Origin: a virus
Taxonomy: Duplodnaviria > Caudoviricetes
Length of the DNA: 44,788 nucleotides
Direction: 5' to 3' (one strand)
IMG/VR virus record: IMGVR_UViG_3300020045_004347
Location: 1-44,788 of that record
Made by a program: the position numbers and the translations under genes. The notes below the pieces were generated by a model, which was not told where the DNA came from, ran no database searches, and saw nothing but the letters and a program-made list of their open reading frames with translations. Positions 34,854 through 43,912 of this stretch are shown here, piece after piece (within the stretch, counting starts at the first letter, position 1; the number at the start of each line of letters is the position of its first letter).

Positions 34854-36041
34854 ATGGCGCGGAACTTCCCAGACTTTCTCACTGCCTACTTAAAGTATGT
34901 GGACAAGACAGAGAGTCCGACCAGTTATAACATCTGGACTTGCTTATCAATCATAGGAGCGTCGTTGCAAAGGCGCTGTTACTTGCAGTGGGGATACAAG
35001 ACCTTCTATCCCAACCTCTATGTGGTGCTTGTCGGCCCTTCGGGTTGTCGCAAAGGCACCGCTATGACGATCGGGAAGGACCTTATAAAACAGGTGAACG
35101 GGATCACCATCACTAGCGAGAGTGTAACTCGTGAAGCACTTATCAGAGATATGAGAGAAGGGGTAAATCAATATGTCGATCCAGGAGACGGGCAACTCCG
35201 ATATCACAGTTCAATTAGTGTGTTCTCAGAAGAACTCAGTGTTTTCCTTGGACAGCAAAATGTTAAGTTCCTTGCAGACCTTACCGATTGGTTCGACTGC
35301 CCAGATGATTGGACTTACCGAACAAAAGGAAGTGGAACTGATAAGATTGTTGGAATTTGTCCTTCGATCCTTGGTGCTACAGCCGCAGACTGGCTCAAGA
35401 GTATTCTTCCACAAGAAGCCTTCGGCGGAGGGTTTACTTCTCGAATTATATTCGTTGTAGAGGAGGAGAAGCGTCAACTCATCAGCAATCCCCACGTAGA
35501 CCCGGCGGTTAGTGCTATGCGGGAGGGACTGATAGCCGACTTGCAACAGATGGCACTGATGGCGGGGCCTTTTGTATTCCACGCGGAGACGATGGTTTTT
35601 TATGAAGACTGGTACCTTAAGCAAGCTAAGACGCCCGCAATCAAAGATCCCCTATTCGCCGGCTACTGTGAACGTCGCGCGACACACCTACTTAAGCTTT
35701 CGATGGTTGTTAGTGCGTCAAGGAGTAATAGCCGAATCATATACACTGAGGATATTCAAAGGGCGCTGTTGTTGCTGGAGGCCATAGAACCGAAGATGCC
35801 TCGTACTTTCCTCGGCCTTGGTAAGGCTAAATACAGTGAGATGACGGCGTTTATCTATGACTACATTCGGCGGCGGGGCACTGCTACGGGTAGTGAGCTC
35901 CTTAATAAGTTCCACCTCGACCTTGACGAGTACAGCATGAAGATAATCTGTGGGACGTTAGCAGCCAGGAAGGTTATCACAGTGCAGTTCAGCGCAGGGA
36001 ATGGAGATTTCTACTACACATTTAACGGAGGTGGGGAGTAA
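34854..36041 (+). CDS. DUF3987-family P-loop ATPase (putative replicative helicase)
   Basis: [27 protein letters not shown] and GFTSR motifs; wHTH-like C-terminus. Confidence 0.8.
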   Translation: MARNFPDFLTAYLKYVDKTESPTSYNIWTCLSIIGASLQRRCYLQWGYKTFYPNLYVVLVGPSGCRKGTAMTIGKDLIKQVNGITITSESVTREALIRDMREGVNQYVDPGDGQLRYHSSISVFSEELSVFLGQQNVKFLADLTDWFDCPDDWTYRTKGSGTDKIVGICPSILGATAADWLKSILPQEAFGGGFTSRIIFVVEEEKRQLISNPHVDPAVSAMREGLIADLQQMALMAGPFVFHAETMVFYEDWYLKQAKTPAIKDPLFAGYCERRATHLLKLSMVVSASRSNSRIIYTEDIQRALLLLEAIEPKMPRTFLGLGKAKYSEMTAFIYDYIRRRGTATGSELLNKFHLDLDEYSMKIICGTLAARKVITVQFSAGNGDFYYTFNGGGE

Positions 36042-36526
36042 TGGGGGCTAAACAGTCAATTAAAATAGGGGACCAGTATAATAGATTAACAGTATTAGAA
36101 TACGCATACACCAAACCGCACCAAGGTAGATACTTTAAATGTTTATGCAGTTGCGGTAATATTAAAGTTATACGCAGTTCGCATATTACCAGTGGGCAGA
36201 CGTTTTCTTGCGGTTGTTTTCAAGTTCAAGGTAAGTACAATAAAGCTGTGCATCCATTATATAACTGTTGGAAATGTATGATAGCACGTTGTACAAATCC
36301 AGAACACCCAGACTACCATAGCTACGGGGGACGTGGTATAACTGTTAGTTTTCAGTGGCAGAACTTTGATAATTTCGTAGACGATATGTTTGAAAGCTAC
36401 GACCCGCAATTAACTATTGAACGTATAGATAATGAAAAGGGTTATAGTAAAGATAACTGTAAATGGGCTACGCGAAAAGAACAAGCGAATAATCGGCGAG
36501 GTACTTATCATGCAAAAAATGCATAA
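36041..36526 (+). CDS. HNH homing-endonuclease-like protein
   Basis: CLCSCG, SCGC, YGGRGI and [24 protein letters not shown] motifs; AT-rich. Confidence 0.85.
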   Translation: MGAKQSIKIGDQYNRLTVLEYAYTKPHQGRYFKCLCSCGNIKVIRSSHITSGQTFSCGCFQVQGKYNKAVHPLYNCWKCMIARCTNPEHPDYHSYGGRGITVSFQWQNFDNFVDDMFESYDPQLTIERIDNEKGYSKDNCKWATRKEQANNRRGTYHAKNA

Positions 36527-36863
36527 CAACTTAACAGTGCGCCCAAAGAAATTACCGGGAATGACAGAGAAAAAACTATGTGCTTGCGGTGATATTTTTG
36601 TGACTGTAAATTATTTAGATAGTAAAATCTTTGAAGTATTTATACGGCTAGGAAAAGCCGGTGGCTGCGCAATGGCGCTTAATGAAAGTATAGGGAAATT
36701 AATTTCCCATTTCTTACAGGAAGGGGGTGACGTACAGACAGTCTTGAAGAGCCTAAGCGGGGTAAGCTGCCATCAGGCCTCAGCAACAGTTCCGAGTTGC
36801 GTGAGCGCAGTTGCGGAAGTACTGAAGGAACACATTAACCAAACAACTAAAAAAGGAGAGTAA
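36510..36863 (+). CDS. Stand-alone TSCPD domain (C-terminal module of class II ribonucleotide reductase)
   Basis: [45 protein letters not shown]. Confidence 0.8.
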   Translation: MQKMHNNLTVRPKKLPGMTEKKLCACGDIFVTVNYLDSKIFEVFIRLGKAGGCAMALNESIGKLISHFLQEGGDVQTVLKSLSGVSCHQASATVPSCVSAVAEVLKEHINQTTKKGE

Positions 36864-36867
36864 AGTT

Positions 36868-37011
36868 ATGGGAGCAATTAGCCAGGGAAGTTTGGCAAAG
36901 AGTGCAGCATGTGGAGGTATTGAGATGGCGAATCGAGTTGACTTACTGCGTGGCACCCTCAGTAGTGTCGCCAACGCACTTGAGTCTACGCTGGAAAGGA
37001 TTGAGCTATGA
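36868..37011 (+). CDS. Hypothetical 47 aa protein
   Basis: AAGGAG SD; ATGA overlap with the next gene. Confidence 0.5.
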   Translation: MGAISQGSLAKSAACGGIEMANRVDLLRGTLSSVANALESTLERIEL

Positions 37012-37373
37012 GCCATGCGGACAACAACCCAAAGTCTGTATTCGGAGTTAAGAAACCACCGCTCGCTCTTGTACCTTCTCCGGCCCTTCTCCACTGTGCT
37101 ATGGCTTTCAAAGACGGCGCCACCAAGTACGGACCTTACAACTGGCGGGAAAAAGAAGTAAGCGTAATGGTGTATCTCAGCGCGGCGGATCGCCACTTGC
37201 GGCAGTACTTAGACGGAGAGGATATTGATAAAGTATCTAGAGTGCATCACCTCGGGCACGCTATGGCTTGCTGTGCGATCATCTTAGATGCTCTGGAGTG
37301 CCGTACTCTTATTGATGATCGCCCAAAGAAAGTAGACTTTACCGATCTATTAGAGCGTTTTACACAAGAGTAA
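37008..37373 (+). CDS. dATP/dGTP diphosphohydrolase-domain protein (DUF5664-like)
   Basis: KPPLALVP..GATKYGPYNWR..RHL..GEDID..HHLGHAMAC. Confidence 0.85.
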   Translation: MSHADNNPKSVFGVKKPPLALVPSPALLHCAMAFKDGATKYGPYNWREKEVSVMVYLSAADRHLRQYLDGEDIDKVSRVHHLGHAMACCAIILDALECRTLIDDRPKKVDFTDLLERFTQE

Positions 37374-37413
37374 AAAGAAAGGGAGAAGCCCCGTAAGGTC
37401 TCTCCCTCTTTTT
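37372..37413. terminator. Bidirectional intrinsic terminator between the convergent arms
   Basis: AAAAAG..AGGGAGA-loop-TCTCCCTCTTTTT. Confidence 0.85.
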
Positions 37414-37417
37414 GTAC

Positions 37418-40400
37418 CTACTTAGTAAGGTTGTTTAGCGTAGGCCCAACCACCGGTACACTTCGTAATAGCTGTCTCCCTAGCGGCTCTAGATTCCCTT
37501 CAATCGCCTTCCCTGCGTTAAACGTCAGTTCACCTATATCCCCAACCGCAGGTCCTGTTATGAAGTTAGCAAGTCCTGCCTTGCTGTGCAGCATCCCTTC
37601 CACGGCATCCATCGCCATACCGAAGCCTATCCCATTACCCAGCAGTGCGGTAATATCTTTCTTAACATCCTCTCCCCACTCGCGGTCGTTGCCCCTCACG
37701 AAGTCTTTCGCCAGGGTTATAAGACCGCCAGTCGCAGCGATAGTCAGTAAGGACGGCATAATCCGCCCCGGATCGGTAGTCCAAAGATTCTTCAACATCT
37801 TTGTCTGATGGTAGCCGAAAGTGTGGAAGAGAGTTACCAGACGAAGCCAAGGGCTATCTCCCAGAACCTTCGGCAGTGTTAGTGCGTTGTTTTTAAACTG
37901 GGTCAGTTCCGCCATACTGTTACCAGCACGATACAGATCCCCATCGGTTAGGTCTCGTCCTCTCAACTCAACAGGATCTAGGCCAAGCTTAGCTAGACGT
38001 ATCTCCGCTAGCTTCTCTGCCCTACTGCCGACTGGAGCATTCCGCAGTGCAGTTACTTGTTCATTTGCAAACTCTCTTCCGGCTAGTGCAGAGAACAACC
38101 GGTTAAACGCCTCAACGTGCGTGAATCCTGTGTACTTTAGAAAGTTGCCAGCCATGTTTGGCTCTGTTAGAACCTTCTCCGCACCTTTCACATTCGTGTT
38201 AAGCCACTTCACCATCGTAGTAGGGTCACGCATGTAGTCGGAGTAGACGGAGAAGAACGTATCATGGAGAACATGTGTCCTAGCTACGAAGTCGTTTAAC
38301 TCAGTTCGGGTTTGCTTATCCGAGATACCTTTGAGGATTCGCTTTCCTGTGTTGAGCATTGTCCTGAGGTCTGTTTGTACGTAGACGTTAGCCGTCTGCA
38401 TACTGTTGTTCATAACTGCAAGTCCAAGTTTCGTAATTGTCTCGGCAGTTGTGATCGAGTTGATAAGGCCTCTTGTGTAAGGATCAACGTAGTCGGCGCC
38501 TCCGAACAACCGTCTTGCAGTAGCTGCGCCAACCTTAACTGCTTCCGGCCCCGCTTCCGCTTGAATAGCGGCTAGGTGTCTGTCGAGTCCTTTGCTATCC
38601 TGGCCGAACTCCGCAGTGAACTCCAACCGCCGCGCAGCTTTGTACCAATACTCCGGCAGTACCTCCATCACGTTCTTGTTAAAGTCGGGTAAGTTCGCAA
38701 GACTCTCTATCTCGAGATGCCCGAACAGTCCTGGACCTTTCTTCATCCTATCGGTAATGCGATTCAGACGAACCTCGGCTTCCGCTTTGCTTATGCCATA
38801 GTCCTTCTGGATGTTCGCCAAGATTCGATCCCGCAGTTGCGTAGGGTTCGCGATATCCTCAATCTTGTACTCCTTCGGCCAGTACGCCTTTGGCTCGTAC
38901 TGTTCTCCAGTCTTTAACTTGTAGACTTCCTTCAGCCTTGCGGCTACCTGGGCATAGTGTTCATCGGTTAGGTACTTCTTACTCTCAACACCTGTGAGTT
39001 GCTTAGCAAGGAGGTCGAACTGCTTCCGACTAAGTTCAAGTTCCTTACGCAGCTCCGACGCCAGTCGCTTAGGACTTGTCTCGGCCGTGAAGAGCTCACG
39101 CTTACCCGTCAGTGGGTTCAGTATCTTATAGCCCTGTGCTTCCATCTCTTGTGCGTAGGCTTTGAAAGATCGCCCGATGAACTCCGCAGCCTTATTAATT
39201 TGCTCGTTAGCGGAGGTAACCTCTCCACGGTAAACCGCTCCAGCTTCGTTGATTTGCTCTTTACTGAGGCCGGCTATAATAGCCTTGAAGTCGGCCTCCA
39301 AGATACCAGTTCGAATCTCAGCGTTTTGCTCACGAACTCTGAGTAGTCTAGCGAACTCAGCACCGGCCGGAGTCCTGCGCAGCACTGTCTCAGCACTACT
39401 CATGAAGGTGTCTACGAAGGAGCGTACCTGACGACGGGGAACATCAAGAATAAGATTAGGTTCCATAATAGCAGTCGAGGTTGCGTCTTGTTTATAGGCG
39501 TTCTTTCTTGCCCTACTAATAGGCGTGTACTCATTACCATTTGCGGCGAAGTGCAGCTGTTGCAGAGCGTTGAGAACTTTATCCTGCGCCTCAAGCGGCA
39601 TCTTCGTCATACTTTCAACACCAGTCAGACTTAGCTTAAGGGCGGTGTAGTCTTCGTTACTCAAACCGAGGGCCTTCCGTAACATATGCCCTGTCTGTGC
39701 GGCCGAGAACCCGGTGTCTTCGTGCAGAATGCGAAGCATCTTGTTAGCTTGCTCCTCACCTACGCCTTGTTCAACCAACTTCTCTCTGAGAGTCTTCCCT
39801 TCGGCGTTGGCTTCGCTTTTCAAGATAGAAAGCTTCCCTTTCAGATTCGTCTTGGCGTCATACTGCTCGACTACCTCTTTAGGATCCGCTACTAACTTCT
39901 TACGCCCAGGAATAACTCTGCCGAACATTTCACCTAAAGAACCACGTTCGCTACTTAATATGCTTGCTAAGTCCGTCAGCGCCGTCTGTTCACTTGCACT
40001 AACAACCTTAGGCGCCTCGGTAACGTCAGCTGTGAACTGGTGGTTACTGTCCAACTTCCCCTTCTCAATTACGGCGTTCGGCAACTCGCGCTCAATTTTA
40101 GTGCGATCACGGCTAGTTATAGACTCGTCGCCTTTCGTACCTTTGTACCATACGTCCTGCTGAATCTTGAACTCCGGCTTGCCTTCAACCCCAGGAGTAG
40201 TCTCTTCAACACTACGGCGCTTAAGCCCAAGATCTTCAATGATTCGCTTAGCCAGCTCAGGGTTAGCCTCACCTATTGCTTCAAGTCCACCTTTCTGCTT
40301 TACCAAGATGCGAGCAACCTTCTCCTCAACACTTACATTGCCACGCTTTACGCGAGGATTAACATCTTCCGTCGCCCCAAAGGCTTTCTTCACTTTAGCC

Positions 40401-42364
40401 AGCGCGTTGTTACCCATCTTGTTGAAGCTGTCGATCTCGACTGGCGCATCTCCTCGAGTATCCACGATGGAGATCTTTGCCTTCGGGTACAGCTCCTTCA
40501 AGCGAGTAACGTCTTCGCGAAGCCTAGAAACCATATTTTCCGCCGCCCAAGTATCGGGATCGACTACGATCCTACGAACGTTCTCTGCCGTAGGCGCAGA
40601 CCCTTCCGGACCACTAATCTCGAGGTTGTAAGGTGAGTCGTGCGGCGTAAGACTTACATTACCCTCAGTATCTTGGTAGTGCTTTGCAGCTACCGAAGGC
40701 TCTTCTACCTTAACATGCGATTCTTGCACGTTCTCTATGGGGGTTGGTTTCGTTAGTTTGCGGAACGGAACACCATCTACTTCGATACTCTTTACGTCCG
40801 CTAACCCCTTTTCAACTAAGCGATCCTGCGCCCTGGCCGCGTCTCGGCTAAGTGGAAAGGCTGAGTATAAGGTTCCATATTGATCAAGTGCCTTTAGATA
40901 AAGTTCTTGTCCAAAACCTTTACCTTTCGCGACGCCTTCTTTAAGAAATACATCATTGATATACAGGCCAGGTTCGGGCAGTTTCAATGGGCCATCGCCA
41001 CTCTCAAGCGTATCGCCAAAGTAACCGTGCAGCTCCGCAGTATCTGTAATGACATCTGCATCACCGACTTTAGGCACTGCGGGGGCTTGCATCTCCGGAC
41101 TTGTAGGCTTTAAATTCGCCGTCTGCGTGGCGAGCATTTCAGGCACGGCCTGTTGCATGCCCATCGGTTTTTCGCCCGTTTCAGGCACGATTCCGGTCGA
41201 TTCAGGCGGTGTTTCGACGTTGTTTTGTGGCTCCGCCGGCTTGGCTTTCTTCCCCCTCTTAGTAGGTTTTTTCTGTACCTCTACAGCACTAACTGTCTTC
41301 GCTGGGGTACCAGACACTAGCTCAAGATCATTAAGTAATGCCTCAACAGATGTATCTGTGGGTGAACTACGTAACTCCCCAGGCATCTTAGTTGCATCTA
41401 TATCCTGCCCTTCCATTACCTTCTTATATAGTGCTTCTTGTGTACGCCCTTTAGTAACCTCCTCCGCCATCTTGCGTGTGCGTTCAAAGTTAACTGGGTC
41501 GGTTACATCTTCGCCTTTGGCTTTAGCTACGCGAAGATTCTCCACTACTATATTCGCTTGCCTACTGGCAGCTCTGTGCGCAGGTATCCCAAAGCCGAAG
41601 GTAAGTGCAGTGGCTACACCAATGCTAGTAGGGTCGAAAATCTCCTTTACGCCAATAGAGTCTGCGTAACGCTGAGCTGCATCTGGATTGCCGGGATCTT
41701 TCCGAAAATCATCCCAAGGAGTTCCGGTACTAGTAGCCTGTAACTCAGCTAAACCTTTGTGCAGGATCGGCCCACCGATGGCAAGCCCGGGGCCTGCAAT
41801 AGCTGCCCTTCCAAGCGTAGCGGTAGCCGTCTTACCTATACCGGCTTTCAGCATAGCCAACGCAGTGAGGCCACCTAAGATTCCGTGAGAAGCTGCCGAG
41901 ATCGGACTAAGCCCCGCTGCCCGCGCCTTCTCATACGCATCCAGCCCCTGCGTACCAATAACAGTAGGCCCACCGACTGGCCCCATTACGAGGAAGGGTA
42001 TAGTGCTTACTACACCGGAGATTATTTTCGCTGGGATTGCACGCTGTTCCTCTGGCAAGTTGTGTTGCGGAAGTGCCGCAAGAAGCTCTTGATCCCTAGT
42101 GCTTGCGGGATCATAAATTGAGGGAGTCTCGGTATCCGCTACGCCGAGCAACGTAGGAGCTTTCGCCAGTGCGGTACCTATGCCTAGCGCTCCCCTAACT
42201 ATATCCCCACCATACGCCTTAACCTCCGGCCATACAGATCCGGAGGGTGACGCTACTGTTGGGTAGGCAACCTTAGTAGGATCATCAAGCACCCTAAGTT
42301 GCGCAACCATTCCTGTCTCGGTGTTCCCTGCGTCTAAGTTCTGCAATTCTGCAAGAGTCGGCAT
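37418..42364 (-). CDS. Large internal virion/DNA-ejection polyvalent protein
   Basis: ~1650 aa; last gene of the structural arm; hydrophobic Gly/Ala ends; embedded GNAT-like motif and duplicated helical module. Confidence 0.8.
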   Translation of the reverse strand: MPTLAELQNLDAGNTETGMVAQLRVLDDPTKVAYPTVASPSGSVWPEVKAYGGDIVRGALGIGTALAKAPTLLGVADTETPSIYDPASTRDQELLAALPQHNLPEEQRAIPAKIISGVVSTIPFLVMGPVGGPTVIGTQGLDAYEKARAAGLSPISAASHGILGGLTALAMLKAGIGKTATATLGRAAIAGPGLAIGGPILHKGLAELQATSTGTPWDDFRKDPGNPDAAQRYADSIGVKEIFDPTSIGVATALTFGFGIPAHRAASRQANIVVENLRVAKAKGEDVTDPVNFERTRKMAEEVTKGRTQEALYKKVMEGQDIDATKMPGELRSSPTDTSVEALLNDLELVSGTPAKTVSAVEVQKKPTKRGKKAKPAEPQNNVETPPESTGIVPETGEKPMGMQQAVPEMLATQTANLKPTSPEMQAPAVPKVGDADVITDTAELHGYFGDTLESGDGPLKLPEPGLYINDVFLKEGVAKGKGFGQELYLKALDQYGTLYSAFPLSRDAARAQDRLVEKGLADVKSIEVDGVPFRKLTKPTPIENVQESHVKVEEPSVAAKHYQDTEGNVSLTPHDSPYNLEISGPEGSAPTAENVRRIVVDPDTWAAENMVSRLREDVTRLKELYPKAKISIVDTRGDAPVEIDSFNKMGNNALAKVKKAFGATEDVNPRVKRGNVSVEEKVARILVKQKGGLEAIGEANPELAKRIIEDLGLKRRSVEETTPGVEGKPEFKIQQDVWYKGTKGDESITSRDRTKIERELPNAVIEKGKLDSNHQFTADVTEAPKVVSASEQTALTDLASILSSERGSLGEMFGRVIPGRKKLVADPKEVVEQYDAKTNLKGKLSILKSEANAEGKTLREKLVEQGVGEEQANKMLRILHEDTGFSAAQTGHMLRKALGLSNEDYTALKLSLTGVESMTKMPLEAQDKVLNALQQLHFAANGNEYTPISRARKNAYKQDATSTAIMEPNLILDVPRRQVRSFVDTFMSSAETVLRRTPAGAEFARLLRVREQNAEIRTGILEADFKAIIAGLSKEQINEAGAVYRGEVTSANEQINKAAEFIGRSFKAYAQEMEAQGYKILNPLTGKRELFTAETSPKRLASELRKELELSRKQFDLLAKQLTGVESKKYLTDEHYAQVAARLKEVYKLKTGEQYEPKAYWPKEYKIEDIANPTQLRDRILANIQKDYGISKAEAEVRLNRITDRMKKGPGLFGHLEIESLANLPDFNKNVMEVLPEYWYKAARRLEFTAEFGQDSKGLDRHLAAIQAEAGPEAVKVGAATARRLFGGADYVDPYTRGLINSITTAETITKLGLAVMNNSMQTANVYVQTDLRTMLNTGKRILKGISDKQTRTELNDFVARTHVLHDTFFSVYSDYMRDPTTMVKWLNTNVKGAEKVLTEPNMAGNFLKYTGFTHVEAFNRLFSALAGREFANEQVTALRNAPVGSRAEKLAEIRLAKLGLDPVELRGRDLTDGDLYRAGNSMAELTQFKNNALTLPKVLGDSPWLRLVTLFHTFGYHQTKMLKNLWTTDPGRIMPSLLTIAATGGLITLAKDFVRGNDREWGEDVKKDITALLGNGIGFGMAMDAVEGMLHSKAGLANFITGPAVGDIGELTFNAGKAIEGNLEPLGRQLLRSVPVVGPTLNNLTK

Positions 42365-42373
42365 AACCACCCC

Positions 42374-43363
42374 TTAAGGTTGATGTTTCTTAACTAACTT
42401 ACTACCGCTACCACCTACCGACATCCGACTGACGTTGATGGGGTTGTAGACGACCGGAGTTGCACTACTCTCGGAGATAGTATTAGTCTTAGGATCACGT
42501 TTAATCCCATACCAGTTACCGTCTGGAGCAAGCATCAACTGAGGGTAACCCTTCGCCTCGGCTGTGTAGTCTTTGCTATCGTAGACGGAACCGACTGGCG
42601 ATGTAAGCGAACTCTCCATCATATGATACTTGAAGTAGTCACCCTTCGCAATGTTCTTCGTCGCGGCATCTCCGTCCTTAGCACTCATATTATCAAGTGC
42701 CTTCGTCTTCAACTCACCAAGTTTAGATACAAGTGCAACTGTGTTGCCGGTATGAGCAGCACTATCGGCAGAGCCTTTAAGCGCCATCATCTCCTCTCGC
42801 TTGAGTTTTAGCGTATCCTTAAACTGCCTATCACTCTGGGTGAGTTTCTTCAGCTCAATCCCACCAGGACCGTAAACCATATCATGGAAACGTTCCTGTT
42901 CGGCCAGTGTATCGGCGTGTATCTTCTGCTGTTGGTCCCTGTTTAGCTTATTCTCCGTAGAGTTAAAGTCAAACCCAGCTTTCTGCCGCCGCTCTTCTGC
43001 GCCCAACCGAACGTCCTGCAACTCACCCTGCTTATTAGCGTCAAAGATGTGCCCCTGAGCATTCAGCATCGCAGCTCGGGTTTCTTTTCCACCCGTCAGG
43101 AGGTCACTAAGAGCGGCCATCCCGGCAACTGCGTTCTGGTTTTGGTTCTGTATCTCCCCGCGCTGAGTGATGAGCTTCCCTACCTGGTCTGGCGTGAGCC
43201 CCATAACGTCAATGCCCTCAGCGCCGAAACCGAGATTACCGCTAAGCGAGCCGCCCTGTTGTAGGGTAGCCCCAAGTGCATTAGTATCCATCGGCTGGAA
43301 TGCCTTCGATATGTTAGCGATCTGTTGCATGTAAGCCTGCCCTGCCGAGTCTGCGATAGCCAT
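42374..43363 (-). CDS. Internal virion/DNA-ejection protein
   Basis: Q/A/G-rich N-terminus; FNSTENKLNRDQQ coil; gene position. Confidence 0.7.
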   Translation of the reverse strand: MAIADSAGQAYMQQIANISKAFQPMDTNALGATLQQGGSLSGNLGFGAEGIDVMGLTPDQVGKLITQRGEIQNQNQNAVAGMAALSDLLTGGKETRAAMLNAQGHIFDANKQGELQDVRLGAEERRQKAGFDFNSTENKLNRDQQQKIHADTLAEQERFHDMVYGPGGIELKKLTQSDRQFKDTLKLKREEMMALKGSADSAAHTGNTVALVSKLGELKTKALDNMSAKDGDAATKNIAKGDYFKYHMMESSLTSPVGSVYDSKDYTAEAKGYPQLMLAPDGNWYGIKRDPKTNTISESSATPVVYNPINVSRMSVGGSGSKLVKKHQP

Positions 43364-43364
43364 C

Positions 43365-43865
43365 TTATGCCCCCTGCTTTGCGCCACTCAGTAAGTTAGC
43401 TGGTGTGTTATCGAGGAGCGAGTAATCGCCCAGAGTTGGGGAAGCTCCAGTAGGTGTGTGTGCTTGCGTAAGAAGTGCCATAGCCCCCTCAGAGTTCATG
43501 CCGTTTTTCCCTATCGAACCGATGATCTCCTTCATAAAAGACTTATTCTTAGCGTCCTGGATCCCAGCTGCATCGGCGATCAACTTACTCTGCCCCATCT
43601 GTTGGGCTACGTCCCCTAGACGAGCGCCCGCACGATTAGGTGGCGCAATAGCTTTTCCTATCATACCCATAATAGCCGCAAAGTTAGCTGGCTGCATACC
43701 TAAGATAGTGCTAGTACCCGCAGCACCACCTACATTGAGGGCGGTATCAACTCCGAGTGTTGGTGCCGTAGGTATGGGATTGATTGTAGGTGCGTTCATC
43801 TGTGGCTGCTGGAGTGTAACGCCAGGCTGTAGCGTGGGGTCAATCTGTAGTCCGGTATAATCCAT
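43365..43865 (-). CDS. Internal virion/DNA-ejection protein
   Basis: 166 aa, G/A/Q-rich; GAGGAG SD. Confidence 0.7.
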   Translation of the reverse strand: MDYTGLQIDPTLQPGVTLQQPQMNAPTINPIPTAPTLGVDTALNVGGAAGTSTILGMQPANFAAIMGMIGKAIAPPNRAGARLGDVAQQMGQSKLIADAAGIQDAKNKSFMKEIIGSIGKNGMNSEGAMALLTQAHTPTGASPTLGDYSLLDNTPANLLSGAKQGA

Positions 43866-43882
43866 CTTGTGATCTCCTCTTA

Positions 43883-43911
43883 TAGTTATTATGTTAAAAT
43901 TGCATGATTAG
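43883..43911 (-). promoter_or_regulatory. Dispersed operator-like motif copy (reverse orientation)
   Basis: CTAATC ATGCAATTTTAACAT AATAACTA on the minus strand. Confidence 0.55.
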
Positions 43912-43912
43912 A

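Noticed and set aside
37008-37373. Z-genome (2-aminoadenine) pathway
   Set aside because: No PurZ or HD-family dATPase was recognised.
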